A DNA stretch of 64,000 nt from Tubiluchus corallicola (taxonomy: Eukaryota; Animalia; Priapulida): contig JAQGDQ010000089.1 in NCBI GenBank assembly GCA_030141605.1, positions 310,001 through 374,000 of the forward strand, read 5' to 3'. Positions 1 through 14,804 of the stretch are shown one piece after another (the stretch's first letter is position 1; each line of letters opens with the position of its first letter). The notes beneath the pieces were generated by a model. The model was not told the DNA's origin and ran no database searches. It saw nothing but the letters and a program-made list of their open reading frames with translations. The position numbers and the translations under genes are program-made.

Positions 1-559
1 ATAATTCTTGTTCCACCGCAGATATTGCACAGTCTATTATATTATATTTTCTATTTTTATGCAGGTATTTTGTGAAGAAATATGAAATTTCCAATCAGTC
101 AACCTATCAATGAAACCACTGATGAGCAGAACTGAAATAACTGACTGTGACACCGCTTTCTAGCTAAATAATTATTCTCCGAATTCCAAACCTCGTTCAC
201 ACGGTTATTAGAAGCCCGCATTGGGCCACATGCGCATCCTGGCGGAAAACCGCGTACACAGAGGTGGTAAAGATATGAATGAAGACCATAAAGATAGAAG
301 AACCTGAAAAAAGCGTGGTATGTTCTAGGAAAACCACAGTTCAACATAAGTTTCATTGTAATTCTGATTCCGATGCATGTACATATTAACCATAAACTTT
401 TTACAAGCAAGTGAATGCCGCACCTGGTGTATATATGGTAGCAATGAAGCCAATTTTGGTGACCTTCGTACGACTTTGTTACAAGACTCACGTAGCCCAA
501 ATATACTGGCATCAAAAGGAGGCAATTTTGATAATTTCTGATGCATATAAGTGTTTTTC

Positions 560-720
560 TTTTGAGCTGTAAAACATATTTGCATAAACTTTATGTAAAT
601 CGATCTGTATCGTCTGTAGGTCAACATTCGTTTGCCAATAGAGTTGTCAAGTACTGGAATTCTCTTCCTGGAGATGTAAATGGGTCTCCACTGGTAAATG
701 CCGTCTGCAGTAATTTATTT
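560..720 (+). mobile_element. CR1-type LINE 3' fragment
   Basis: HSFANRVVKYWNSLP is the conserved CR1 ORF2 C-terminal motif, followed by an AT-rich tail. Confidence 0.7.
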
Positions 721-1379
721 TAGTCATAGATTAACGAAAATTGACTTTTTCATAACATTTGCATTTTTGCTGACATATGTTAAGTAGTAATTTTACTATT
801 TGTGCCTCTTTCGTATCCATTTTAACCTGTCTTGTTTATTACCTGTTTAACCATTTTAACCTGTATTGTACTTATTTTATTGTTTTATGCATTTAATTTT
901 TATTGTATGTATGGAAACTTTAAAAAAATAAATTAATTAAAATAAAAAGAATACCTAGTGTCAACGCGAACTCTAAAGGTCAATAACTCTAACTGAGCTA
1001 GAAATATTATTTAATGAAAGGCAATTCAACGTGAAAAATAGCTGTTAATCTTTTCTGGTGTTGCCATAATGCCCGGAACATCTGATAGATTATGTGGTGC
1101 TGCCCCTGCTGCTTCCATCAACAATTTTCTCAGTTGGGTTCCTAACCCCTGAAAGGCGAATGAAAACTGTGCACCATTTACTCTATGGCTATTACTCTTG
1201 CGGCTACTACGAGGATATTTTTAGTTCTCTATAGCTCGGAAACCGCAGTGTCAAATTTACTATAGGTTTTGGCTTCCCGCAATTTAAAGGTTTCATACAG
1301 TGTTTCCCCATACAAGCTAAGACTATTTAAGACTATGTTGTATATGCTACGCTTTCTAATACAAACTGAGTATCCACGC

Positions 1380-1600
1380 GCTTGCTCGGGAAGACACCCC
1401 ATTTCACTAGAACGCAAGAGAGGATATCTCGGGCAGCCAAGTGAATGGATCCACCACAGCAGGATAACAACAAATGGTTACAAATTATCTAAGCAGCGGA
1501 ACACACAAGAAGATGAAAGGACCAGAATGGTCAGAGAAGCAATAAAATCAATTCACAGGCTACTGCGTTGCACAAACTGACCATAGTTAAAACCATACAG
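1380..1600 (+). mobile_element. Possible Penelope GIY-YIG 3' relic
   Basis: RMVREAIKSI resembles the R.I.EAI.I terminal motif of Penelope endonucleases. The rest is degenerate. Confidence 0.35.
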
Positions 1601-1751
1601 GTTTTTCTTACAAGATCACCCTGAAGTAAGGAGCCAGTTTTTTTCAGGTACTATTTATCCTGAATCTAACATCCGTCACTCAGCCGTTTTTATACAATAA
1701 AATTAGCCCTTAAACTCAAGACTAATTAAGTGGTGCCCCGATTAAGAATTC

Positions 1752-1866
1752 GGCTAAAGTTAACAATTCCCCACACTTAAGAAATTGGTTAGGGTTAGGG
1801 CTAGGGATAGGATAGGGTGGGTTAGGGTTAGGCTATTTAAACTCGTGGGAATTAAAAATTCCTTCC
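1752..1866 (+). repeat. Mini-element with TTAGGG core and AATTCCCCAC inverted repeats, copy 1
   Basis: AATTCCCCAC-(TTAGGG-like)n-GTGGGAATT. Homologous to the reverse complement of 27368-27518. Confidence 0.75.
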
Positions 1867-4800
1867 AAGAATTCTTTAAGAAGTACAACTGCAAGCCAAC
1901 AAATAGGCCTAGATGAACAGAAATAGCGGTATTCACCGTTTATGAAAATGAACTGCCAACAAGGAAGTTGAACCCACTCCTGCTGATTCATACATCCCTC
2001 TCTAAAATGAAGTCTAGACAGTCACGGTACTTCTTTCATGGTGCTACGATATTTTTTGAAAAATTATTACTTAAAAAAATCACATGAAAGATTAGGGAAC
2101 ACATCAAGTTCAGCAGCCACAGATACCAGAGATTTTTCTCAATTTTCATCCTGCTCGTACTAAGCCACGAGACACAGAGTTTTTGTCCTTCAAAAATGTC
2201 GTTTATTTTAAACCCAAAGATGTCTTAATTGGAGTACACGAGAACCTTATGTGATATGATTTCAAATAATAAGTGTACAAGGAAATGTTTCAACCTAAAC
2301 AAAAATTTCTCTTCCATATGTTCGGGTAATACACTAATACGCTAAGCTACATTTTTGATGCTTGATTTCAAATAGAGAAAGGCAACTGCATAACATGAAA
2401 TAGTAATCAAAAAGGAACTAAGAATAAGCTAGGGTTAACATGTGTATACAGCATGGGGTTAAAAATTGAGTTTAAAAAGGTCAAAAGACGAGTGTTTACA
2501 TACTTAAATGCTTATACCAAAGAGTAAGCTTAGCAGCCCACGAGGAAATATGTATGAGAACATTTACGATCTGAAGTGTAATTTTTCTTGCCATTTTATT
2601 AAGTACGGCTTCATCAAAACTACAACAGAAATGATTAGTCACTGGCAAAACTTTTAGGCACAAAAACACCTCATCGTGCACAGGACTGTGGATTAAACGT
2701 CAAAAACACCCGGAGGAACTACAATAGGCAGAAATGGGCTACAAGGACAAAGAATTTCGAAGAAAAGCGTCGGTCAAATTTCCCAAATAATGTAACTGAA
2801 ACAGGGTGCCAGGTTTTGCATCACATTTTGTATTTGCATTTCATGTGGTTCAGGTCACGTGTACCATTTTCTTCAGAAAAGATGCTGCTGCTTCCGTTTC
2901 CAAGTGAAAACAATCTAACCGACTAAAAATACCATCTTCCAATTCATGCTTTAATAGCGTCCAGACGGGCAGTTAGCTGGGCAGCGTAGTGGTCAGATGG
3001 TCCTGGTAGAGAAATGTAGAAAATATTTAGGTTGGGGCGGGAAACGCTAAAAGTAAACAAGATAGTGGCAGGAAAAAATAGCTAACTAGTTTTAGCCGCT
3101 AATCATTATTGTGTTATGATAACATGGCTTCATTTAACAGATTTACGCGGAAGTTCTGATTCCTTGGGGATGGGGGTGTAGACACAGAGGATGAAGTGTA
3201 TGGATAAATTAGATGTAGAATAATACACAACAAAAAACAAATTTGATAAATATAAGATTTATAAAGATAGAATTGAAGAAGTTCACACTGTTATTCCAGA
3301 ATAACTTCACTGTATATAATTGGCTGACATATACTCTGTGATGTACCGATCAAGGTACCATGCAGAAGTATACAAACTTTACCTTTTTACAATGCCACCC
3401 ACAAAAACGAGGTTGGAACGATAAATGTTTATGAGTTCTTCTATATCGCTTTACAGCACTCATTGAAGATGCTTTCACATGACACATTTTGTAGGCATAA
3501 AACAATAAGCAACAAAATCGTATCACGATAAGCTTTTTAAGAGGATTGAATTCAGATGGTCTTACAACGCACATAGGCTTTATATCAACCATCGAAGGAT
3601 ATGGTGCGTTTGTCGTGAAATATGTCACTGCAGTTAGTGATTAAAAACGAAATCCTTCTATTATAGGTTACTCTTGATCTTATAAAATTAACAGGAGAAA
3701 GAGCTCTTATATGTTATGAATAATTGGCCTTCGAAGCAAGCAGTGCTCAACTGATAAAACGGAGACAATTACCTTACTTTAATATACATAATGCAATATT
3801 TATTTTCCACAACATATAAAATAGTATTACAAAAAATTTATGCTAAAGATAGTCAAATTCTACACAATAACAGACAAGGTAAATGATATTTCGTTTGGTT
3901 GCCAGAATGGAAGAGGACTTTGTGCATTCTGACAGAGGAGTGGAAAGGGGTTAGTTAGGCACACAAAAGACAAAGACTACGAGAATAACATCCAGCAAAA
4001 AAGCCAAGTACATTATAAGAGCGAATAAAAAAATCGTGTAATAATAGTTTATTCAGTAAAATTTCAGCAATTTCACTAAACTGGGAACTTCAAAGTTTTG
4101 TTGTTGCTCATAGTCAGCAGAGTCCGTCATTCTCTTTCAGTCGTATCTCTGCATTTTCCATTGTGAGATTTGTGTAACACTATGTGACTATGTCATAATA
4201 TCCATAATATCCAATATGTCGTAATATCAGCTACCAAGTCATGTCCCAGTACGTGAGAAAGCTTATGACGTCTGAGTGACGCTGTTTCTTTTTTCAAAGA
4301 ATAATAATGCCTGGTGTTGCTCCAATTTTCAGCAGTTAAAAACTACTTACGGAATTCATAAAAATGGGTAGGACCAGAAGCACTTGAATTTAAATTTGTA
4401 AATTCTTTACGTACATTCGCAAGCCAAAGACAGACACAGTTGTTACGAGAAAGAGGACGAATTTTTTTGCAGATTCACGGCGCGCGGGCTCCCCAATCAT
4501 GGACACTCCCGTCGGTTTTATATTTAAAAAATGAGAACAGCTTTGCTAATGTTTATGCTAAGTGGTAACTGTTTAATATTCAAGCTTGTGAAATAGGCTA
4601 AAAGTTAGTAGGAATATTTTTAATGACTTGTAAAAAGCGGAAAGCTATCAATCTGATCAAAAGCGGACGATGTGGGAGGGTGACCGATTGATGATGATCC
4701 TTGTCGCGTTTATGTTGACTGAACATGGAAATAAGGTCAAAATAACGATCTTTAAGAGAAAAGTATGTCAGTTGACTTTATTAACATGTGTGCCGATTAA

Positions 4801-6099
4801 AATTACGTACATCCTTTGGAGCGTATCTAGAGAAGTTTGTTGCTTGTATGGCACTGAACTATACTTTTTTATGAATACAAACAAAATTAGCGGTCATACA
4901 AGGTAAATGATTATAGCAAAATGCAGGATATATGAATACGTCTTATTGAAGTAAGTGAAGTTGCAGTTAACAGGGAAACAAGTTTTTGGTAAAGAAGAGG
5001 AAAAGTAAAGTACAGATAAGTAGGGAAAAACTGGATTAATGAGCGGTAGTTTTGCATGTTCAAGATAAAACACGAGTTCCAAACAAAAACAAAAACGGGC
5101 ACTCTGAACAAATTGTGTGTAGCATCTTCCATTACTAAGGAGCAATGGAGGACGCTTAACGATGCAACTGACTTCACTGAGGAAGGGGCTTCAGGGTTGA
5201 CGCCAGCCCTGTGTGGTTTTGCGTCCGACAAGTGTTGAGGTACCCGTCCAGAGCTGCTGTATTTTGAAACATCATAAATGCAAGTTACTATGAAACAGCT
5301 AATAAAACTTATCACCCTGCCCTGAAATGGGGCTCCTAAAAGCCACCCACGAAACTTGGCTGGATTCAAGTGATTACAGAGATTTGAAATAATGAATTCG
5401 ATTAAAAAAATTGCACAAGCCCCCACGAAACAATAGTAACAGTAAAACAAAACATAAATGGAGTCATCAGAGAGAAATCTAGCCGGACAATTTTAGGTTT
5501 CGGCTGCTAATCTCCTATCTTAGTCCCAACAGGAAGCAGCCAAGTGAGCAAGTTGTAATTGGCTCACTTTTGCTAAGACCGACAGAGAAGAACGAACATT
5601 AGTGGCGCCTCTTGGCAAATTCGAAACAAAGGCTATAAGGCGTTCCAGGATCTTTAGTTGTCGTCACTCGGATCACACAGTGAAACTCTCTAGGTATTCT
5701 CTCTAGTGAAAAAACAACGCCACAGACACGTACCACGGACTAAAATGATGTTACTAAACGGGAGAACGAGGTCTTGGTTTGAAGCAATGATTGGAGTGAA
5801 ATTACATGCGACACTTGCAAGGACAACTATTGCATTTTAATCAGTGCAAAGATACCTAGCACAAATGATACAGTTTGCCACACAACCGGCACAGCACAAA
5901 CTTATAAACTCTGTGATGACCCTTGACAAGCAGGCTACCACACAAACACAAAGTACGCATCTTTTGTTATGACAATGGTTACTCTACTCAGTCTATACAT
6001 GTGAATTCTACAAAGACTTTTGCTGCTTAAGAAGCCAAGATACTTCAAAACGACAGATGATGTTTTAACTAGATTTAGAAAATCTTAGGCCCAACTCTA

Positions 6100-7250
6100 G
6101 TCAATGGAATAAATTACAGTGAAATTCTCGCATTGCAACACTATACATTTAAAGCTGTATATATGCAGATGACAATGGGCGTAGTTTAATAGACTCTATG
6201 TATTTTACTATGAACTAAATAATAGTTTTTGTTTGTTTAATTTATTTAACAAAAAGAATAGCAGTTCTCACATGAGCAAACAGTATATAACAAGAAGTCT
6301 TGTGATTTGTTTTGTTCAGATCGTTTCATTAGTAAATACTGTTAAAACAAAAACGGCGAAAAATTCGAGATAAGAAGTGATTTTAACAGCATATAAGCTG
6401 ACACAGCAATCTTTATGTTACCATGTCAGCACAAATACGTGTTGCATAAACAAGTCAATGAAAAGCACAACCTCGGTGTAAAAAAGATGGACAGCTGCAG
6501 TTGCTGTACTGGGTGGATCAAAAATGTGCGCCTTGGTCCCTAGAGGACAGACAGATAAATCATAAACAAAAAAGGTTTCATCAGCTAACAAGCAGTAGCC
6601 AATAAGAGCATTCTTCATTAGAACAGTAAACAATGGTAGCGTGAAAAGACGGTATTGTTGGAATATTGAGATAATGTACAATTAAGCATTAGGACGGAAA
6701 CAACATGACACAGCAGAATGCGCTTGCAAGAATAATTTTGGCCAACGTTTGTAACTGCTGCAATACATTAGCATATAATGACTCCAATATGATGCTAGGT
6801 ATCATCTTCAGTTCACAGAAACGCACTTGCCATAACTTAATAATGCCGGCAGATAGTTTTGCCTACGATTTAAGTACCTGGTATGTAATACATCACAATT
6901 TTGGATTAACAGTTATTGTGCAGTGAGTCTTAGTCACTCTTACCACCATTTGGCTATACACTGCGCTGACAAAGTACAATACATAGATTTACCTTGTCAT
7001 CAAAATGACGATCGATGGAACGACTGCCTGCCAACTTGCCAAGAACTTTTCTTGTTAGAATAAGTGCATATCTTGTTTCTTAAATTTATTGTTGTACATA
7101 CTATCAATATTCTTCCATGCTGTACATCTAGTGGCGTATCCATAGCAAGAGTTAACAATTTAGCTTTAAATAATCTCAGGAGTGAATATTTTCTACACCT
7201 ATTATTAAATGCTTATTAACTAGCAGTTACTAGGAACTTTTCCGTTTTCT
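6100..7250 (+). mobile_element. Highly decayed L2/CR1-like LINE RT relic
   Basis: Colinear motif remnants: YADD (6162-6173), NTVKTK (~6335) and QQNALARIIL (~6710). No intact frame. Confidence 0.4.
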
Positions 7251-10200
7251 TTGTTTTCCAAATTCTACGATGATCTGTTATCTCGAGGTCATCTCTGATA
7301 TCTAATGTTGTGAGACACAAATACGCCCCACGTTTAACACATTCTCCGTAAATAAACCTACAGTTTCCTCAAACATAAAGTAATCAGGTGACATTTAGTA
7401 GCAGTAATAGTTTTGTTTACATAAACAAATGATGGTAGCGCCACGATCGTCTGATGCCGCAGACGGAGTTTGTTTTTAGGAATGGAAAACTCTTCTGTGT
7501 CATTGAAACTCTGTGCAATATTACTATGGTTTACAATGATGAACCACTGTATAACAGAAGCGCTTGTAACGAAAATATGATCATCATGAATTTCTCAACA
7601 TTCTGCGTCATTATTTTTTTACAACTTCCCAACTCACAAGCCATCAGTTCTGGGTTACCACATATCAACACCTACTAAAGATGATGTTACTAGGTTGTAC
7701 TAAAAACCGCATGTAACTAAACAGGGCCACCAACGTGTACGTTTAAATATCGTATATAGTTGCAAGTATGTGGGGCACAACTCGTAGTTTCCCACGTTTT
7801 CTTAATGGAGTGTTTCAATAAATCTTGAATGGTTGTAAGTACTGTAAAGCATAATATTATGAACTGTAAAACCACCGCAGGAAAAATCCAGAGCAACTTG
7901 ACATACTAACACTTTTAAACTTAGAAGTCTCCCTTTTTGAGAAACTGAATGCACACTGAATGGTTGATAATAGAACGAAGCCACAACTCCTGAATTTCAG
8001 AAACCAAACTTCACCAAAAGGAAGCAAAAGTGAACTTCTTAATCAATTATATAATTCAATATTCAATTAAGTTTGTAGCAAATTAATCAATCCTGTGTTC
8101 ATTGTATCATTATTTAACAATTTTGAAATTAGAATTATAACTAACTAATTAATTGGAATTCCAATTCGTTTGCATTTATAATAATTCGTCGTCAAGCAGT
8201 AGAAATAAAATCTAAGCATGGTTTAACACCTATACAAACAACGTTCTCATTTGGTTGGTGAGTTCAGGTCTTAGGGTAAGATGTCCCAGGAGTAAGCTGT
8301 ATTGTGTGGTCGCTTAAAAGCTTAATTGTTTAATAATTAAACCGTCCAATGTTGTTGAAAAGTCATGTAGATGTTGACCCCAACAAGGTGGAGCCGATTT
8401 TTGATTACTAAACACACATCTAAGCATCACGCTTGGACGCTTTTTCACTAACCTCTCTTTATCTTTTCCACACCAGAACCGGGCTTAAATCCCACAACGA
8501 CAACAATCCAAGTTTTTCTACCTTTTAAGAAAAACTAAATGTGTAAATACCGTGTCCATACATGGTCATATCTGTTCTAGAATCCGCTGCGAAAAAGAAA
8601 ATATTGTAAAGTTGGCTCAAAGAGCAATCTTCTGTTTCAACAAACTCTCTCGAGGCGTTGCTGGGTGACCCAATGAGCGAGGTACCCCAAAGAGCCCGTG
8701 TTCTGGCATCGGGAGTGTTGCAGAATACCCAACGCGTGAGTCCTCCACTTGTACGGGTCTAATAGAATGGCATCCTGATATCCCAGGGGTAAAAGTGAAG
8801 GTAAGGAATTCGAAATGTAAATGCGGTATGTAGGAAGCTGCATCAGAAAGAGGAGACAACAAGAGAGGCGCCCAGGCGGACGCTTTGGGTGGGAAATTCT
8901 CGCCGTGTTGTTTTCGTTAGTGTAAATATTTGAGTTTTTGCGGAGTTTGAGAGTCAATTATTCGAATCACAGTTGAAGTTGTGTTTGCTCTTCACGAAAT
9001 GATAGCCAAAAGCTGACAGCAAGACAAAAGATGGAATTCGGCTGAAAGTGAAGATAATCCTGAGATTAAGTAAAAAACGGCAAATCTGGGTGCTTCTTCC
9101 ACCAGAATACGAAACAATCACGTTTAGTAATGCGTTTGAATTATGGATCCTGCACAAATAACAATAACCTGCAAACACATAACAATGACAAGCTGACAAA
9201 AGCTACCTCAAGTCATATTCCGTTCTGAAAATGTGACAAATATATGATATAAGCAAACAAGCTGTCTCTATTCAATTCTTCTTTTCCCTCTATAGAAGTG
9301 AGTCGTAAGAAATTCATTGACGTCTTTGATAATAAGACACTAGGACAGATAGAGATCTACCAGCTGATCGAGATTATATAACTGCTTTTGGTTTATTACG
9401 ACTTTGAGGCAATCCAATCTTTATTTCGAAGTCTATCTCGCCTAATGAAATAAGGAAATTAACTACTACCTTTGCAACCATTCTTTTCTATATATAATTA
9501 AAGTGTTCCTCTCTTGGCATCTTTTCCAAATCTGCTTTTTCAAGTATGAAATTTTCAGTTATAATTATATTCATTAGTCGTTGGTCTGTTCGTGAATTGC
9601 TTCCTTTTTCTTTTCAGTGACGTCATTATGTGGTCGCGTTACCAGACTGCAAAGCCGGCAGCTGGAAACAGGTAGTTGGCTCATCGGTCCTTTTGATATC
9701 ATCCTTGCGAGGGGCCACGTGTGTGATGGTCATATGCAGAGTATTGCTTATGGATAACTTAGGCTTCTGATTTTAGGTTGCTGTCTTTTCAATTAGGTAT
9801 GTGATTACTGACTTATTATCAGCTACTGTGCCAAACAACACGTGCAAAATCTAAAAGCATTGTTAAATTAATTGCATTTGAGTCATCCAGAAGAAGAGGT
9901 CCCGTTTGGAAGCAATGGCGTTTGAACAGTCGCAAACGAAACAAAACGAGTACGTAAAAATTTGTGATTATCTGTAGACGAATAAACGAAAACAGCACCG
10001 AACTCTCAAATACAAGAATGCGAAATCCTCAGATCAAAATTTTTAAACGGAAATATGTCAGAAATTCTTTGGAAGTTGGCTGTGTGAAATCCTCCAAACA
10101 TAAATAACAGAAAAACAAAAACATCAAGAGTACAATATTCTTTGTAGTGCTTTTACATGTAAACGTTGTTTGTAAGCGTTTGCTTACATGTAAACGCGCA

Positions 10201-11084
10201 TTTGCTTGAAAAGTTTCGTTAGTTTTTTAATCTTTCTCATAATAAATACAAAATGAGAGGATCATTAATTTAGTGGATATCAGTAACTGCAACTGCTTTG
10301 AAGTAGCTAGCACGGTATGTTAAGCATGCGGACTGTGGACAATGCCAATTAAAGCCAAGTAAAACACGAAACGTTATTGAACCACATTTATTTTTCACAT
10401 CCAAGTGTTCAGTGGCTTGCAGGCGTGCTCAGATTTGGTAAAAAACATACAAGACGAAGTAGGGGTTATATTTGTTGTGCAGCTGTTATACACAATAACC
10501 GTTTCTAAATAACTATAGAATTCGCATTGTTTTGCAGATTCGGAGAGGGTACTGTATTGATTACATACCCAGACTATCTAAGAGGTTTTGTTTCCCTATT
10601 AGTTCCACCGAATCCAACAAATTGCTGATCGATATGTGAACAGTGAACCCCAGTAACAGCAATTGCTAAATTGATTCCCGACAAAAGAGATTTGCGCAAG
10701 CATTATGTAAGGATTACTATATCAGTGTTGGAAGGCTGCGTCACTGTATACAATCTTATAACACTACAAAGCAGACCAATGCTGTAACTTTCATTTTTTC
10801 CTCAGCTTCACTGGCAAAAGTGCAAAAACGATGCAATAATACGGCTTCTACGCGAGGCGTATGACTAAGATACACATAACAAATGGTAGAATGATGCAGG
10901 TCGTATGTGTGTGTGACCCTAAGTCATGACAGCAGTCAAAAGTCACCAAAGGGCAAAAATTCGTTTAAGCAGTCCTATAAAGCCGTGAGTGATTTCGTTT
11001 TGTCAATTAAGTGAATCATTTACAGAAAAGCACCAGTTATAAGGTTTACAATGTGGAAGTCTCAGGTCTGTTCTCTCATGTTGA

Positions 11085-11180
11085 ATTTGTAGCTCAGCTA
11101 GCAGAGCATGAGAGTACTAGGCTTCTCAGGCTAATCCCAGCCAGGATAATCCCAGGCTTCGGGTTCAAATACCGACTAGT
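11085..11180 (+). mobile_element. tRNA-derived SINE-like head
   Basis: GTAGCTCAGCTAGCAGAGC (A box-like) and GGGTTCAAATACC (B box-like), with enlarged spacing between them. Confidence 0.45.
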
Positions 11181-11716
11181 CAACAGTTATAATCTAACTA
11201 AATAATGAAGGTTAATGATCCACACATGTGGCTCTAATACTAAAACTTTTCTTTAAATTAATTTATTCGTTTTTAAACTGTTTAATGCACCCAAAGTTTC
11301 TTAATTAGACAAACTGTCATAACTATGTTTTCTAACGATGTACAATGTATGTTGGTGTAAAAAAATTCATAAATTCAAATGGCCTATTAAATCAAGTTAA
11401 GGTCATTTACCAAAATGTGATATTTTTACTCAATTAAACATTAAGACGACGTGTGCGATTGATGATTAAAGCCTTAAAAAGACATATTCGACAAATTCGA
11501 GTGGAATTACAGGAATCTTACAAGTAACACAAAGGCCAATGCTGAAAATACACCAGTCAGGTGAAATGTGGGACAGACTTTTTGGAGGACTAAGTAACTG
11601 CCTTTGGAATAAAATTGCTACAAATTATCTACACAATTACACAAAGCTTCGGGGTTTCTTGTAGATGACGTTTGTAGGACCAATGCGTCATTATTATTTG
11701 TAAAAGTTTTATTTAA

Positions 11717-12263
11717 AGGAAAATCGGATGATTGTTTACACTCAATCTCATTTTAATTTGCTGTCCAAAATATACATTTTTTGTCCGTAAAAGTTAGCAA
11801 TTATTTCTTATATTTGAATACTGAGCTTTGAAAGTTAATTAATGGCAACTGAAAACAGGTATTGCTTATGTCAGAAACTAATCACAGTTTGTGCAATGGC
11901 AGGCATCTCCCTTGCGCGTCAAGCATGTTTGCGTAAGTGTTACAGTACTGCTTAAACGCTTGATGTCACGAAAATGGGTTCTACGTCATATGACGTCAGA
12001 AACTAACACTGCAGTTTATGATATGGTTATCACAGTACTGCCTTCCATTTGTCGGCCACGCGAATGTGACAAACTGGCGCTGTTGCCAGTCTTAGTACAT
12101 TCACTGAGCCGCGCGTAGCTTTGAAAGTTTAACAAAATTTGAGTATCTGAGGTAATTATTACTTAATCTAAGATTTGATTTAAACAAGAGCTATTGTAGT
12201 TTTTCAATATTTTAGAGCATTCCTTATTCTGAACTAATGTTTACACAATCGCCCGGTTTTCCT
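11717..12263. mobile_element. Kolobok/T2-type MITE, copy 1
   Basis: TTAA|AGGAAAATCGG...CCGGTTTTCCT|TTAC with ~28-bp TIRs. Aligns along its length with 14805-15329. Confidence 0.8.
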
Positions 12264-14804
12264 TTACTATTAGCTGGCTTACTATTGAAGTATTGATAAG
12301 TATATTTTGTGTGTATGCTTTTCAATTTTCCGTGTGCATGTAATGCCTAAATAGAGAAATCTCGCATCAACAAAATTTTCAATATTGTTAATTAAACTAA
12401 TTTTACAACCATCAACCATCTAATTAGCTCTCAGCCTCCCGACCGCCTTCATTATCTTTTACTGTAGGCCTGTTGATATAAAACACCGAAAAAACTTTAC
12501 ATACAAATAAACCATAATTCTGAGACATCTGTTATAGAAATGAATCAGGCTCGATCCAGGCACAGTCTTCCACCTGTTACCACGGCCTGAATTCAACCTT
12601 CTTCCTCCCCCTAACAACGCCAATCTGCGGCATCTGTTTTATCTACATCCTCTTTTACTTTTGCTAAACTAACAAATAAAAAAAGTCACAACAACTTCAT
12701 GAGTAAGGAAAGTCATTTTTGTACGAAAAAAAAGACACGGGTGGTTTTTCTGCGGCAAAATCTAACCGTCTCGGCTCGTTTCCAAAACAGTTGAAAAAAT
12801 AAACTCCAAATCTGTTTCATCCTCTGTCTCACTGTCTCAGTTTTCACAAAGCTAACAAATAAAAATGCCGTAGTAATTTGGGGACGGAGAAAGTACTGTT
12901 GGGAGAAACGGGAATTCGTTTTTTTTGTGCAGAGAAAATCGTACCACTTAGCGAATAGTGTCACAGCCTGATCCGACGAAAAAAACTGTTTAAAGTTGTG
13001 TTTAGTGAGAAATAACAATTATTTAAAAAAACTTCAGCTTGCCGTATAAACATCATTAAGCAGCTTTTTTGCACAGAGGCAACTGTGTACAACTGCCTGG
13101 GTTAAACGTTAAACGGTTCCCACATAGTCACTCCTTTACAGCTCATTCCTAGCCAAAGTCCAAAACTCATAATTTATTTATTTCTACAAAATAAATAATT
13201 TGCACGGAAACGCAGTGTGCATCTCTCGAAACTTTAATACACCAAACAAGCATCAAGCCGTCTGTGTGAAAGCTCACGGAAACCTTTCAGCTCGTTGCTC
13301 CCTAGACCTGATTCCGCCAATTGCCGGCAGGAGGCTCTAGTTTGCCCTTTATGCGCCACACCGGAACGCAAATGAAAACAAACGGATTGGCGTTTTTTCT
13401 CGCGGTATTTTTAAAGTTTAATGCTTTTCTGTGAAGGTGCGGGAATTCTGGCCAAGGTCCTCCAATGCTGAGCAAACACACAACCTTTTACACAGTTACT
13501 TATCACTATTACAAATTTCTGTCTAATTCCTGGGGCGCATCTAAATACACAAACTAGCCAACCAGTAGAAAGATTTGACTTGCCCACATAATCTTTGGTC
13601 ACTGCTCAGTGCTCACTTGCTGACCTCGAAAGGACTTTGCGAGAAAGCTGCCGAGAGTGTTAATATCGCGATTTTTTTTGTTGAAAAACAAATTAAACGG
13701 GAGGGGGTTCTGTTTTATCTTACTACAGTAGACTCAGTTTCCGGAGATATGCAACGCAGTAATGGGTTTCAACTTTTTGGATAAAACCAAGGAAACACAA
13801 TCACAATTAATTCATTGACCTCACGACAATTAGTGCACTTGCGCTTTCTGGATTCGTTAGTTAATAAAGTAAAATAATTAAGCTGGGGAATTATCAGTAT
13901 TTAGGAAATTACTACACAACACAGTTATAACGACGTTCCAACGCATCAACTAAAAGCTGGACTAGTTATATTAGTTAATTTTTAGTCATGTATACAGTGT
14001 ACACGTATATGCGTACATACGTAAACGGCCAACAACAATATCAGCTGGCTGACTCATAATACCTCACTAATGTTACTGTGTACACGATAACCGTACACGA
14101 AATTATCATCAGAATAATCATTAAATGTATGTACAGCATCTTTTTTTATAGAAATTTGCTCCGTCCTTGTTTTTATTTCACTATCATATTTTTCATCTTA
14201 TTTTTTATAATTTTGTGATATTTAATGCAAATGAACGTAACTCTACAGTACATGGTTAAAGAAATTGCGGTTGTTGTGTTAGTTGTATGCGTTGTTGTAT
14301 GAGGCTCAGTAAGTACACCTCTTACCCCACCCCCAAAAAAATGGGAGTCTTGTTTTGCAGAAAAGTTGTTTAGGAGAACAGAAGACGATGAAGCCATTTC
14401 ATAACACAGCAACCTCATCTTCTCCAAGAACAATAAACCCATTTCGGATGCAGATATTCGGAACAGATGCCCTGGTTGCTAAGCACCTGTCGTCGAAGCG
14501 TCTGTACCAACTGTGCTCTACTGACCTATATAACTTTCTCTGCCAGGTCCGAAATATGACTTTATGACGGTACGCAATGGCTGAAACGCTCATTAACTCT
14601 TTTATATGAAAAACTTATTTTAGAATGGACCTTGTTTATGTATCACATGAGAAACACCATTAAAAGTTTAGTATGAGTAGCAAGCGTCTAACAAAAATCA
14701 TAGATTAGGCAATACGCTAGCTTTAGACAGGTATTACTATATCTCCTTTTTGCAAACTTTAATACATTAATGCAGCTTCAACTTATTTCATATGATAAAC
14801 TTAA

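Noticed and set aside
1787-1832. True telomere or chromosome fusion site
   Set aside because: The tract is short, degenerate and embedded in a dispersed mini-element.
9618-9671. Possible plus-strand micro-exon (good acceptor, CAG|GTAG donor)
   Set aside because: No recognisable peptide or partner exons, so consistent with chance.
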